Shown here: piece after piece, positions 40,193 through 49,206 of the stretch | Layout of the letters: every line of letters begins with the position of its first letter | Position numbering within the stretch: position 1 is the stretch's first letter | Source of the DNA: an uncultured Gemmatimonadales bacterium | GTDB taxonomy: Bacteria > Gemmatimonadota > Gemmatimonadetes > Gemmatimonadales > GWC2-71-9 | Length of the DNA: 64,000 bases | Assembly: GCA_963771275.1 (NCBI GenBank) | Contig: CAVYSW010000003.1 | Location: 896,001-960,000, forward strand | Reading direction: 5' to 3' | Translations under genes and position numbers: made by a program | The notes under the pieces: model-generated | Seen by the model: only the letters and a program-made list of their open reading frames with translations | What the model was told of the DNA's origin: nothing | Databases searched by the model: none

Positions 40193-41461
40193 ATGAGTTG
40201 TGGCTGCATGGATCGTCGCGTGTTCGTGCGCGCGGGAGCCCTCGCGCTCCTGAGCCTGGGGCTGGACCCGATCTTCCTCACGCGGGCCGCCTATGCGGCA
40301 CGCCGCGCCCCGGGGGCGAACGCCGGGCGCAAAGTGCTGATCTGCGTATTCCAGCGTGGCGCCGTGGATGGTCTCAGTGTGATCGTGCCGCACGGCGATC
40401 CCCACTACTACCGGGAGCGCGCGCGCATCGCGGTCCCGCGTCCGGGACGTGCGGGCGGCGCGCTCGACCTCGACGGGCATTTCGGCCTGCACCCCGCGCT
40501 GGCCCCGCTGCTCCCGCTCTACCGCGCGGGCACGCTGGCCGCCGTCCACGCCGTGGGCTCTCCCGACCCGACCCGCAGCCATTTCGACGCGCAGGACTAC
40601 ATGGAATCGGGGACACCGGGACGACGGTCCACGCCGGACGGCTGGCTCAACCGCCATCTGGCGCATGCCGCAGAGCATCGTGACACGCCGTTCCGCGGCG
40701 TGGCCATCGGCCCGCAGCTCCCCTTGGCGCTGCGGGGCGCCGCGCCGGCACTCGCTGTCGACAACCTCCAGGCGTTTGGCCTGCGGGGCCGCCCCGCGGT
40801 GCGCGATCGACTCGAGCGGGCCTTCGAGGAGATGTACCAGGGCGCTGCCACTGGCCTCGTCGCGACCTCGTCGGAGGAGGCCTTCGAGGCGGTGCGTCAG
40901 CTTCGCGCGGCGGACCTGGCGGGCTTCGAGCCGGCCCATGGAGCGCTGTATCCGCGTTCGCCCTTCGGGCAGGCGATGCGCCAGCTCGCTCAGGTGATCA
41001 AGGCGGATCTGGGCCTGGAGATCGGGTTCGCGGACCTCGCGGGGTGGGACACCCACGTCAACCAAGGCGCGAGCGACGGGCAGCTCGCGGCGCGACTGCG
41101 CGACCTGGCGGACGGGTTGGCCGCGTTCGCGACGGATCTGGGCGAGCGGATGGCCGACGTGGTCGTGCTCACCATGAGCGAGTTCGGTCGCACGGTCGCG
41201 GAGAACGGCAACGCCGGCACGGACCACGGGCACGGGACGGCGATGCTGGTCCTGGGGGGCCCGACGCGCGGCGGGCGCGTGCTGGGGCGTTGGCCGACGC
41301 TCGACCCCGCGGCCCGGTTCGAGGGACGCGACCTTGCCGTCACCACGGATTTTCGGAGCCTGTTCGGCGAGATTCTGGTGGGGCACTTGGGCGCCGCGGA
41401 CCTGGGGGCGGTCTTTCCGGGGTATTCCGCGGCGGGGACGGCCCTGGGTGTGACGGGCTGA
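40193..41461 (+). CDS. DUF1501 family protein (Tat signal)
   Basis: RRVF, RGAVDGL, RSHFDAQ, GWDTH, SEFGRT, GTDHG. Confidence 0.9.
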   Translation: MSCGCMDRRVFVRAGALALLSLGLDPIFLTRAAYAARRAPGANAGRKVLICVFQRGAVDGLSVIVPHGDPHYYRERARIAVPRPGRAGGALDLDGHFGLHPALAPLLPLYRAGTLAAVHAVGSPDPTRSHFDAQDYMESGTPGRRSTPDGWLNRHLAHAAEHRDTPFRGVAIGPQLPLALRGAAPALAVDNLQAFGLRGRPAVRDRLERAFEEMYQGAATGLVATSSEEAFEAVRQLRAADLAGFEPAHGALYPRSPFGQAMRQLAQVIKADLGLEIGFADLAGWDTHVNQGASDGQLAARLRDLADGLAAFATDLGERMADVVVLTMSEFGRTVAENGNAGTDHGHGTAMLVLGGPTRGGRVLGRWPTLDPAARFEGRDLAVTTDFRSLFGEILVGHLGAADLGAVFPGYSAAGTALGVTG

Positions 41462-41504
41462 CGCGGCTGTTTCGCTTTCCGTCGGGCCGCCGTATCTTTT
41501 ATCC

Positions 41505-43397
41505 GTGGCTACCCTCGACGACCCCGTCCTGCGCATGGTGGTGGCCGCCGGCACCGCTCCGGACCAGCGCCGCTTCTGGAGCCACGTCGCCGACATCCTG
41601 CTCGACTTTCACAACGTCCGCCGTGTCACGATCGAGTACTGCGACCGCTGGGGAGCGGGGTCCGTGGCGGCCGGAACGCCAAAGGACAACCACACGCTGA
41701 CCAAGACGTACCGCGAAGGCGACGAGCGGTACGCGACCGTTCACGTCACGCCCCCGGCCCGCGACCAGGCCAGTCTCCAGGCCCAGCTCGTCACCGCCGT
41801 GGAGCTGGCGGGACTGGTCGGGCGGCGGGGGGTGCTCGAGCACGAGCGCCGGCTCGGCACGTTCTTGGTCGAGCTGTCCCGCTGGATGAAGACCGTCGTA
41901 GCCGATCCCCAGCAGCTGCTCCAGTACACGATCCACAGCGTCATGAGCCTGACGGGAGCGCACGGCGCCATCGTTGTGGAGCGCAAGGCGGACGGCACGC
42001 TGTATGTCGAGGCCGCGGTCGGCGAGACCGAGACGTTCCAGCGCGGGGCCGAGGCGCTGCGCCAGAGCATCTTCGCGCGGGTGTTGAAGGCGGAGGCCCC
42101 GTTGCTGGTGGAGCGGCTGGCGGACGAGCCCGATGCCCCGGTCACGCCGGCGGTGCGCGCCACCCTCGCGGCGGCCATGCTGGTACCGCTCCCCACGTCG
42201 GGCGACGCCGCGGGCGTGCTCGGCGTGTTTCGGGTCAAGGGACGGCAGGGCGGCGGCGAGCGTTTCCGCCTCGAGGACCTCACGTACCTGCAGGCGGTGG
42301 CGTCCCACATCGGCACCGCGCTGGAGCTGACCTGGGCGATTCGCGCGGCCCGCCGGGCGGCCCAGCGGGCGAGCTCGATGGTGAACGGGAGCCCGACGCC
42401 GCTGGCCTTGATCTCGCGGACCGGCCACGTGATCGAGGCCAACCGCGCCCTGGCGGTGCTGTTCGGGTACGAGAGCCTCGACAAGGTGCGCGGCATGCAC
42501 CTCGATGCCTTCCCGATGACGCTCGACCGGGTGACGGCGCTCGAGGCGCTGGATCTCGCGGCGGGCGCCGTGCCCTGGCGTGGGCGGGCGGAGGTCATCC
42601 GTGGCTCCGAGGAGCGGAAGTGCGAAGCCTTCTTCACCCAGCTCGAGGGCGGGGAGGCCGAGTTCCTGCTGACCATGAACGACCGCACCGAGGAGCTCCG
42701 CGCCCGGCGCGAGCTGGTGGCGAGCGAGAAGCTCGCCACGGTCGGCACGATCGCGGCCGGTGTGGCCCACGAGGTGAACAACCCGCTCGCGGCGATTCGC
42801 ATGGAGGCCGAGCTGCTCGGCATGCAGGCCCCGGCCCCCGAGGTCGCGGCTGCCAGCCAGGCGATCATCCGCGAAGTGGACCGGGCGGCCCGGATCGCCA
42901 AGAGCCTGTTGCGCCTCGCGACCCAATCGCACGGCCGGATGGAGCTCATGGCGGTGGGGCAGGTGCTTCAGGACATCGTCAACGTGCGTGCCCCACTGGC
43001 CCGGGAAACGGGAATCGAGCTCCGGATCTCCGTCCAGGAGGATCTGCCCGCCGTGCTGGCCCGCGGCGGCGATTTGGAGCAGATCTTCCTCAATCTGCTG
43101 ACCAACGCGGAGGACGCGGTGCGGGGACGGGCACCCGGTGTGATCGCCCTGATGGTCGAGCGGAGGCAGGAGGGCGTGCGTGTTTGCGTGGACGATACCG
43201 GCCCCGGCGTGCAGCGCGACCTCCGCACCAGGATCTTCGATCCCTTCTTCACCACCAAGCCGCCCGACAAGGGCAACGGGCTCGGTCTCGCCATGTGCCT
43301 GCGGATCGTGAGCGAGCTCGGCGGCAAGATCTGGGTCGAGGACGGCCCCCTGGGCGGCGCCCGCTTCGTGGTGGAGCTGCCCACGCCAATTCGGTAG
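41505..43397 (+). CDS. Sensor histidine kinase (GAF-PAS-HisKA-HATPase)
   Basis: EKLATVG..AHEVNNPL, NLLTNA, DTGPG, FDPFFTTK, GNGLGL. Confidence 0.92.
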   Translation: MATLDDPVLRMVVAAGTAPDQRRFWSHVADILLDFHNVRRVTIEYCDRWGAGSVAAGTPKDNHTLTKTYREGDERYATVHVTPPARDQASLQAQLVTAVELAGLVGRRGVLEHERRLGTFLVELSRWMKTVVADPQQLLQYTIHSVMSLTGAHGAIVVERKADGTLYVEAAVGETETFQRGAEALRQSIFARVLKAEAPLLVERLADEPDAPVTPAVRATLAAAMLVPLPTSGDAAGVLGVFRVKGRQGGGERFRLEDLTYLQAVASHIGTALELTWAIRAARRAAQRASSMVNGSPTPLALISRTGHVIEANRALAVLFGYESLDKVRGMHLDAFPMTLDRVTALEALDLAAGAVPWRGRAEVIRGSEERKCEAFFTQLEGGEAEFLLTMNDRTEELRARRELVASEKLATVGTIAAGVAHEVNNPLAAIRMEAELLGMQAPAPEVAAASQAIIREVDRAARIAKSLLRLATQSHGRMELMAVGQVLQDIVNVRAPLARETGIELRISVQEDLPAVLARGGDLEQIFLNLLTNAEDAVRGRAPGVIALMVERRQEGVRVCVDDTGPGVQRDLRTRIFDPFFTTKPPDKGNGLGLAMCLRIVSELGGKIWVEDGPLGGARFVVELPTPIR

Positions 43398-43418
43398 CCA
43401 CCATCTCCCGGGGCGCCG

Positions 43419-43655
43419 TTACCGAGCGTGCGCCTCGAGTGCAGCGGCGCAGCGGGCCGCCAAGTCCTTGCCGTACAACCGCGCGCACAGGCGTCGCCGC
43501 GTCTCGGCCGGCGACAGGCCGTCGGGAAACGATGCCAGCACCAGCACCCGCGCCGTGTCAAACATCTCGGCCGCCAGGACGATGCGCCGCTCGTCAGGCA
43601 GCCCGAGCCAGAGCTCCTTCATTAGCCGTGCGGCCTTGGGCATCGTGTCACGCAC
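43419..43655 (-). CDS. Small helical hypothetical protein, partner of nucleotidyltransferase
   Basis: 8-nt overlap with upstream gene; MRDT...ERRIVLAAEMFDTARVLV...RLYG. Confidence 0.7.
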   Translation of the reverse strand: MRDTMPKAARLMKELWLGLPDERRIVLAAEMFDTARVLVLASFPDGLSPAETRRRLCARLYGKDLAARCAAALEAHAR

Positions 43656-44205
43656 GATTCACGGCCCTCCACACGTCTCTCAGGTCCAGACGCCGAATCC
43701 ACTCTTCGACATACGCAGGGTCATAGCCGGTGGCGGCGAGGTTCCGGACGTCGCCTAGCGGGATCTCCGATTGGGAGTCCCGGGCCCACTCGAGTTTGGA
43801 GAGCATCAGGTCTTCCTTGCTCACGATCCAGATCGGCAGGTCGACGCCCGCGGTGATGCGGCGCCGGCGGGTGAACTCGTGGAGCCGGTACGGCGTGTTC
43901 TTTCGGACCACCACGTCCACCCTGATGACGCTTGCCAGGTGAACCAGGTTGAAGAAGCCATCGTCAGCAATCGCCCGGGCGAGGTCGTCGGGGACGTAGT
44001 AGTCGCCGCGGAACAGGGTGGCCACGGTGTCGGCGTCGCCGGACCGCAGGGCGACGACCAGGTCGATGTCGCGGGTCATCCGCGGCTCGGCATAATGGCT
44101 CAGGGCCAGGGAACCGGTCAGCATGTACGCCAGGCCGGCGCGATCAAGTCGCCCGGTCACGTCGCGGAGGACGCTCAGCTCGGTGGGCAGATCGGCGTTC
44201 GCCAT
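43648..44205 (-). CDS. Pol-beta superfamily nucleotidyltransferase (DUF6036-like)
   Basis: YMLTGSLA...PRMTRDIDLVV (GS + DxD), SKEDLMLSKL; ATG 44205. Confidence 0.8.
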   Translation of the reverse strand: MANADLPTELSVLRDVTGRLDRAGLAYMLTGSLALSHYAEPRMTRDIDLVVALRSGDADTVATLFRGDYYVPDDLARAIADDGFFNLVHLASVIRVDVVVRKNTPYRLHEFTRRRRITAGVDLPIWIVSKEDLMLSKLEWARDSQSEIPLGDVRNLAATGYDPAYVEEWIRRLDLRDVWRAVNRA

Positions 44206-44272
44206 GCGGTGAACGGTGCGGCAGGCGCGTGGTTCCAGCAACCCCCGCACTCGTCCCCACCACGCCATGAGG

Positions 44273-44300
44273 TTGACAGCATCCCCGTTGATCGTAACGT
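44273..44300 (+). promoter_or_regulatory. Sigma-70 promoter
   Basis: TTGACA-16 nt-TAACGT. Confidence 0.6.
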
Positions 44301-44454
44301 TGCCCCCACCATCGAGCTGCGTGAGCGGCCGATGGCACGACGATGTCGACCTGATGGCAGAAGGCCGGCTCTCAGCATCCTTCACAGCGGCTGGACGTTT
44401 CGCAAACCCCGGACGCGGCGGGCAAGTGAGGCGTACTCTGGTGCCGGACACCTC

Positions 44455-45705
44455 ATGACCAATCGGACGGACGTTGTCCCGGACCGCGAGATCTGCCTCC
44501 CGCCGAGCCTCCACGACCTGCCACTGTTCGACCTGCCGCTACGGCGGCATACCGCGGACGCTCTGCTTCGGGCCGGTCTGGTGTGGGTGGGCGACCTGCA
44601 CGGCCGGTCCCTGGTGTCACTCCTCCAGATCCGCCGGTTCGGGCCCCGGTCGGTCAGCGTGCTGATCGACGCCCTGGCGGTCGTGTGGAGACGATCGGCC
44701 GCCGGGCGCCCGGCCCTCACCGGGACCCGCGATGACATCCCGCTCGCGTCCCTCGGCTTCGGTGAGGTGGCGCTGAGGGCGATCGCCGCCCGGGGCGTCT
44801 CGACACTGGGCGCGCTGCGGATCGCGCCCGACTTTCTCTTTTTCGACGCGCCGGTCTTGGGCCGCGTGCTGTGCCGAGCACTCCACGGCGGTGGACCGGG
44901 ATTGGCGGACCCCGCCGCGCTGCGCGAGGCCGTGCTTGCACGACCGGAGGCGGCCCCGCTGCTCGCAGTCCCTCGCGAGCTGTGGCCCGTGCCGGTTTCC
45001 GCGCTGGAGATCAGCCCCCGCACACCCCCGGCGCTCGGCCGGAGGGGAATCGAGCGGCTGGGGCAGCTGGACTGCCTGACGGCCGAGGATCTGCCGTGGC
45101 TGGCCGGCATCACGCCGGCCGGCGCCGCGGGCGTGGCGCGGGCCGTCGGCCGGGTCCGGCGACTGTCGCCGGCGCATGAGGTGTTGGCGCGCTGGACCGA
45201 TGAATCGGGATCGCTGCGCCTGCCCGACCTTCCGCTCGCTGTCCTGCACAAGTTGGCGCAGGCCGAGAGTCTTGATGACGAGGTTCGGGCGCTCGTCGGG
45301 TGTCTCGGCCCACGCAACGCCGCGCTGGTCCTGGCCCGCTGGGGTGCTGACCGGGAGGTTCCGGCGACCTTCACACGCGCGGGTCAGGAGCGCGGCATCT
45401 CGCGTGAGCGGGTTCGGCAGGTCCTCGCTGTGGCTGAAGCGCAGCTCATGCGCTGCGGCATCATTCTGCCCCTGGGATCGCGTATCGTGGAGCTTCTTGC
45501 GGCCGCCGGCGGCCGGCTGGACACGGAGCGATTCCTGGCGGTCCTCGAGCGCGCCAGCCTCCGGACCACCCGGGCGGCCCTCAACGCCCTGCCCCCGTTG
45601 GCCCGGCTGGGCATCGTGCCGCCCGTCGCGTACTCCCCCGAGAATGACGTGTGGAGCAGCCCGGGATGGGCTCCGTCCATTCCCCTGCCTGGCTATATAA
45701 CTTGA
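44455..45705 (+). CDS. Protein with three RNAP alpha-CTD-like HhH repeats and a sigma-70 region-4-like HTH
   Basis: LFDLPLRRHTADALLRAGLVWVGDL...LLQIRRFGPRS; VSALEISPRT..ALGRRGIERLGQL; ARWG...TFTRAGQERGISRERVRQV; start uncertain. Confidence 0.7.
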   Translation: MTNRTDVVPDREICLPPSLHDLPLFDLPLRRHTADALLRAGLVWVGDLHGRSLVSLLQIRRFGPRSVSVLIDALAVVWRRSAAGRPALTGTRDDIPLASLGFGEVALRAIAARGVSTLGALRIAPDFLFFDAPVLGRVLCRALHGGGPGLADPAALREAVLARPEAAPLLAVPRELWPVPVSALEISPRTPPALGRRGIERLGQLDCLTAEDLPWLAGITPAGAAGVARAVGRVRRLSPAHEVLARWTDESGSLRLPDLPLAVLHKLAQAESLDDEVRALVGCLGPRNAALVLARWGADREVPATFTRAGQERGISRERVRQVLAVAEAQLMRCGIILPLGSRIVELLAAAGGRLDTERFLAVLERASLRTTRAALNALPPLARLGIVPPVAYSPENDVWSSPGWAPSIPLPGYIT

Positions 45706-45707
45706 CC

Positions 45708-45947
45708 ATGCCGGTCCCCCCTCGGATCCCCCCACGCGACTCGACTCAGCTCCCCAACGCCAAGCTGTGTTGGGTGTGCTTGCAGCTGGAAGATGAAGAG
45801 CGCGCGCGCGCGACGCGTCAGATGAACCTGCTGACCGGCCACGCCGCGTGGGCCATCTGCCCGCGCTGCAGTCAGGAGGCGCCGGACCGGGAGGATGCGT
45901 CCTACCTCATGCGGGCCAGCCGGTTCATCCAGTCGATCGAGAACTAG
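45708..45947 (+). CDS. Small CxxC...CxxC putative zinc-binding protein
   Basis: ATG 2 nt after upstream stop; CWVC and CPRC. Confidence 0.55.
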   Translation: MPVPPRIPPRDSTQLPNAKLCWVCLQLEDEERARATRQMNLLTGHAAWAICPRCSQEAPDREDASYLMRASRFIQSIEN

Positions 45948-46159
45948 AGCCGCAGCGGGCGGGCGGGGCTTCAAGCCCTTCCAGCCACAAAGTCGGTCCG
46001 CCGCGCCGTGCGCCCGGGCAGCTACTGGCCCTCGGCGCGCTGCTTTCAATCCACGCCCGCGGGCGGGCGGAGACCAGCCAAGCGGTTCGGGTCATGGCTC
46101 CAAGACGCGGGCCCTAGCGCTCTGGGCACCCGCCGACCCGTCGCGAATGTCCTGCAGTC

Positions 46160-46177
46160 GTAACCACCGGTGACTAC
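46160..46177 (+). promoter_or_regulatory. Imperfect palindrome, probable antitoxin operator overlapping the -10
   Basis: GTAACCACCGGTGACTAC (14 of 18 positions symmetric); TACCTT 6 nt before ATG suggests a leaderless mRNA. Confidence 0.45.
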
Positions 46178-46186
46178 CTTCCCCGC

Positions 46187-46486
46187 ATGAGAGTCGTCGG
46201 CGTCAAGCAGCTCAAGGCCAGGTTGTCGGAGTACCTGCGGCTGGTGCGCGCGGGCGAGACGGTCGTCGTCACCGACCGCGACCAGGTGCTGGCGGAGTTG
46301 CGCCCCGCGCCCCGCCGGGCGGGGCCGCGCGATCAGATGGACGAGGTGCTCGATGGCCTCGCGGAAGCCGGAGAGCTGACCCGGCCGGCGCTGCCGAAGG
46401 GCCGTTGGACCTGGAAGGCCGAAGGGCTCGGCCTCGCACCAGGGACCGCGCAGCGACTGCTGGACGCCCTCTGCGGCGACCGGTGA
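46187..46486 (+). CDS. Phd/YefM family antitoxin (no adjacent toxin)
   Basis: VGVKQLKARLSEYLRLVRAGETVVVTDR..LAEL. Confidence 0.88.
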   Translation: MRVVGVKQLKARLSEYLRLVRAGETVVVTDRDQVLAELRPAPRRAGPRDQMDEVLDGLAEAGELTRPALPKGRWTWKAEGLGLAPGTAQRLLDALCGDR

Positions 46487-46504
46487 GCGGGCCCCCGCCG
46501 CGCA

Positions 46505-47767
46505 CTACGGGCGGTCCTCCGCTATCCCCCGCCGCGCCGCGCGCACGATGATGCGGATCGGGCGGTCGTAGAACACGTAGTTCCACGCCCACTGCAGCAA
46601 GACGACGATCCGGTTCCGGAACCCGATCAGGAAGTAGAGGTGGACCGCGAGCCAGGCGACCCACCCGAACCAGCCCTTGAGCGCGAGCCGCCTGATCTGC
46701 GCGACGCCCGCGTTGCGACCGATGGTGGCCATGATGCCGGGATCGAAGTAGCGGAACGGCCGGAGCGGCGACCCCGCCAGGTGCCGCAGGATGGTCCGGC
46801 CGACGGCGCGACCCTGCTGGATCGCCGGCTGCGCAAGCATCGGCAGGTCTGCGCCCTCGTGGGCCACCGCTGCCACGTCGCCGATCGCGAACGCGCGCTC
46901 CTCGCCGGGAAGCCGGAGGTACTCGTCCACCACCACCCGGCCGTTCTTCCGGCGCGGTGTCGTCAGGCCGTCCCCCAGCGCGTTGGGCTTCACGCCCGCC
47001 GCCCAGACCAGCGTATCCGCCTCGAGCATCTCACCGGTGGAGAGCTCGATTCCGCCGTCCGCGATTCCGCGCACCAGTACGCCGAGGCGCACGGTGGCGC
47101 CAAGCCGCTCCAGGCGCCGCCGCGCGTCGGCGCCGAGCGGCGCAGGGAACGCCGGCAGCACCCGATCGGCCCCCTCGACCAGGAGGATGCGCACGTCGGC
47201 GAGCGCGATGCCGGGGTAGTCCCGTCCTGCCACGAGTCGGACCAGCTCGGCAAGCGCGCCGGCGTATTCGACGCCGGTGGGACCACCGCCCACCACGAGG
47301 AACGTCAGCGCCCGGCGCTTTGCCGGGAGGTCGGCCGTCACGGCGGCCTCGAACCGCGCGAGCACGTGGTTGCGGAGCGCCATCGCGCTGGGCAGGGAGT
47401 TCAGATGGAAGGCGGTCGCCGCGATCGGCGCCTGGCCGAAGAAGTTGATGCCGGCCCCCGTCGCGAGCACCAGGTAGTCGTAGGGCTCGTCCGGGCCCCT
47501 GGCCGTCCGCACCAGGCGCCGCGCCAGATCCACGCCGGTCACCTCGGCCAGGCGGATCCCGACGTTCCGCGCGCGGCGGAAGATCGTCCGCACCGGAAAC
47601 GCGATGTCGCTCGGGTTCAGCAGCGAGCTCGCCACCTGGTACACGAGCGGCGTGAACAGATGGTAGTTGTGCCGGTCGATCAGCAGCACGTCCACCGGCT
47701 CGCGGGCCAGCACCCGCGCGCAATTGAGCCCGCCGAACCCGGCTCCGACGATCACCACTCGCGACAT
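46505..47767 (-). CDS. ndh: Type II NADH dehydrogenase (NDH-2 family)
   Basis: GAGFGG, HLFTPLVYQVA, GGGPTGVE, WAAG, AIGD, AQPAIQQG. Confidence 0.9.
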   Translation of the reverse strand: MSRVVIVGAGFGGLNCARVLAREPVDVLLIDRHNYHLFTPLVYQVASSLLNPSDIAFPVRTIFRRARNVGIRLAEVTGVDLARRLVRTARGPDEPYDYLVLATGAGINFFGQAPIAATAFHLNSLPSAMALRNHVLARFEAAVTADLPAKRRALTFLVVGGGPTGVEYAGALAELVRLVAGRDYPGIALADVRILLVEGADRVLPAFPAPLGADARRRLERLGATVRLGVLVRGIADGGIELSTGEMLEADTLVWAAGVKPNALGDGLTTPRRKNGRVVVDEYLRLPGEERAFAIGDVAAVAHEGADLPMLAQPAIQQGRAVGRTILRHLAGSPLRPFRYFDPGIMATIGRNAGVAQIRRLALKGWFGWVAWLAVHLYFLIGFRNRIVVLLQWAWNYVFYDRPIRIIVRAARRGIAEDRP

Positions 47768-47828
47768 CGGCCCAAGATACCTCGACCAACCTTGCCAGCG
47801 GGAGCCGCGCGGGCGATACTCGGCCCCC

Positions 47829-49175
47829 ATGCATGAACCCGTCGGCACCGGCTACGCACGTCGCCTCAACGTCTTCGACGCCACGATGCTGGTCGTCGGC
47901 GGCATCATCGGCGCCGGCATCTTCCTCAACCCGGCGGTCGTCGCGCAGCGCGCACCCACCGCAGGGCTCGTCATCGGCGTGTGGGTGCTCGGCGGCGCCG
48001 TGGCCCTCGCCGGCGCGTTCTGCTTCGCCGAGCTGGCGGCGCTCAAACCCGTCGCGGGCGGCGGCTACGTGTACCTGCGCGACGGCCTCTCCCCCGTCGT
48101 CGGGTTCCTCTACGGCTGGACCGAGCTGCTCGTCATCAACAGCGGCGGCATCGCCGCCGTCGCCATGACGTTCGCGAGCTACGGGACGAATCTCACCGGC
48201 GCGGGGCCGGCCGCGATCGCGCCCGTCGCGATCGGCGCGATCGTGTCCCTCTCGGTGGTCAATCTGCTCGGCATCCGGCCGGGCGCCGTCGTGCAGAACG
48301 TGCTCACCGTCCTCAAGCTCGTGGCCCTGGCCGCTCTGATTCTCGTCGGCTTCTTCTGGCCGATGACCGCACTGTCTTCCCCCTCCCCCTCTACCCCTTC
48401 TGCCCCTGGTTTTCTCACCGCCATCGGCACCGCCCTGATTCCCGTGCTGTTCGCCTACGGCGGCTGGCAAAGCACCAACTTCGTGGCCGGGGAGCTCAAG
48501 GCGCCCCGCCGCGACCTGCCGCGCGCGCTGATCCTCGGCGTCGTCCTGGTCGTGGTGGTTTACGTGCTCGCGAACGTGGTGTACGTCCGCTCGCTCGGCG
48601 TGAGCGGTCTCGCCGCGAGCACGGCACCCGCGTCCGACGTGATGCGCCGCGTGCTCGGAACCACCGGCGCCCGCTTCATTGGCGTCGGCATCGCGATCTC
48701 GACGTTCGGGTTCCTCAACCTCGCGATCCTCGCCGCGCCGCGGGTCTACCAGACGATGGCCGCCGACGGGGTGTTCTTCGGCAGCGCCGCGCGCCTGCAC
48801 GACCGGTTCCGCGTGCCTTGGGTGGCGCTGCTCATTCAGGGCGCATGGGCCATTCTCCTGATCGCCACCAAGACCTACGGCCGGCTGCTGGACTACGTCG
48901 TGTTCGGGGACTGGATCTTCTTCGGCCTCGTTGGGGTGACGCTGTTCGTGTACCGCCGGCGCGGGGCCGCCGGCCCCCCAGGCGCCAACATGTTCCGCAC
49001 CCCGGGCTACCCTTGGGTCCCGGGCTTCTTCATCCTGGCGGCCGCGTTCGCCGTGGTCTCCACCGTGCTGTCGAATCCTCGCGACGCCGCGCTCGGCGGG
49101 GTCACCATAGCGGCTGGAATCCCCGCGTACCTCTTCTGGAAGCGGCGTGGCTCGCGCTCGTCCCCCGCCCCTTGA
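47829..49175 (+). CDS. APC family amino acid permease
   Basis: GGIIGAGIF, FAEL, GGGYVY, FAYGGW, PRRDLPRA, FRTPGYP. Confidence 0.92.
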   Translation: MHEPVGTGYARRLNVFDATMLVVGGIIGAGIFLNPAVVAQRAPTAGLVIGVWVLGGAVALAGAFCFAELAALKPVAGGGYVYLRDGLSPVVGFLYGWTELLVINSGGIAAVAMTFASYGTNLTGAGPAAIAPVAIGAIVSLSVVNLLGIRPGAVVQNVLTVLKLVALAALILVGFFWPMTALSSPSPSTPSAPGFLTAIGTALIPVLFAYGGWQSTNFVAGELKAPRRDLPRALILGVVLVVVVYVLANVVYVRSLGVSGLAASTAPASDVMRRVLGTTGARFIGVGIAISTFGFLNLAILAAPRVYQTMAADGVFFGSAARLHDRFRVPWVALLIQGAWAILLIATKTYGRLLDYVVFGDWIFFGLVGVTLFVYRRRGAAGPPGANMFRTPGYPWVPGFFILAAAFAVVSTVLSNPRDAALGGVTIAAGIPAYLFWKRRGSRSSPAP

Positions 49176-49206
49176 CCCCACGGAGGACGGCGTCGAGGCT
49201 TCCCCC

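Noticed and set aside
48375..48410. Pyrimidine-rich 9-mer-like run inside the permease gene
   Set aside because: Encodes an in-frame Ser/Pro loop; too short to call an inserted repeat
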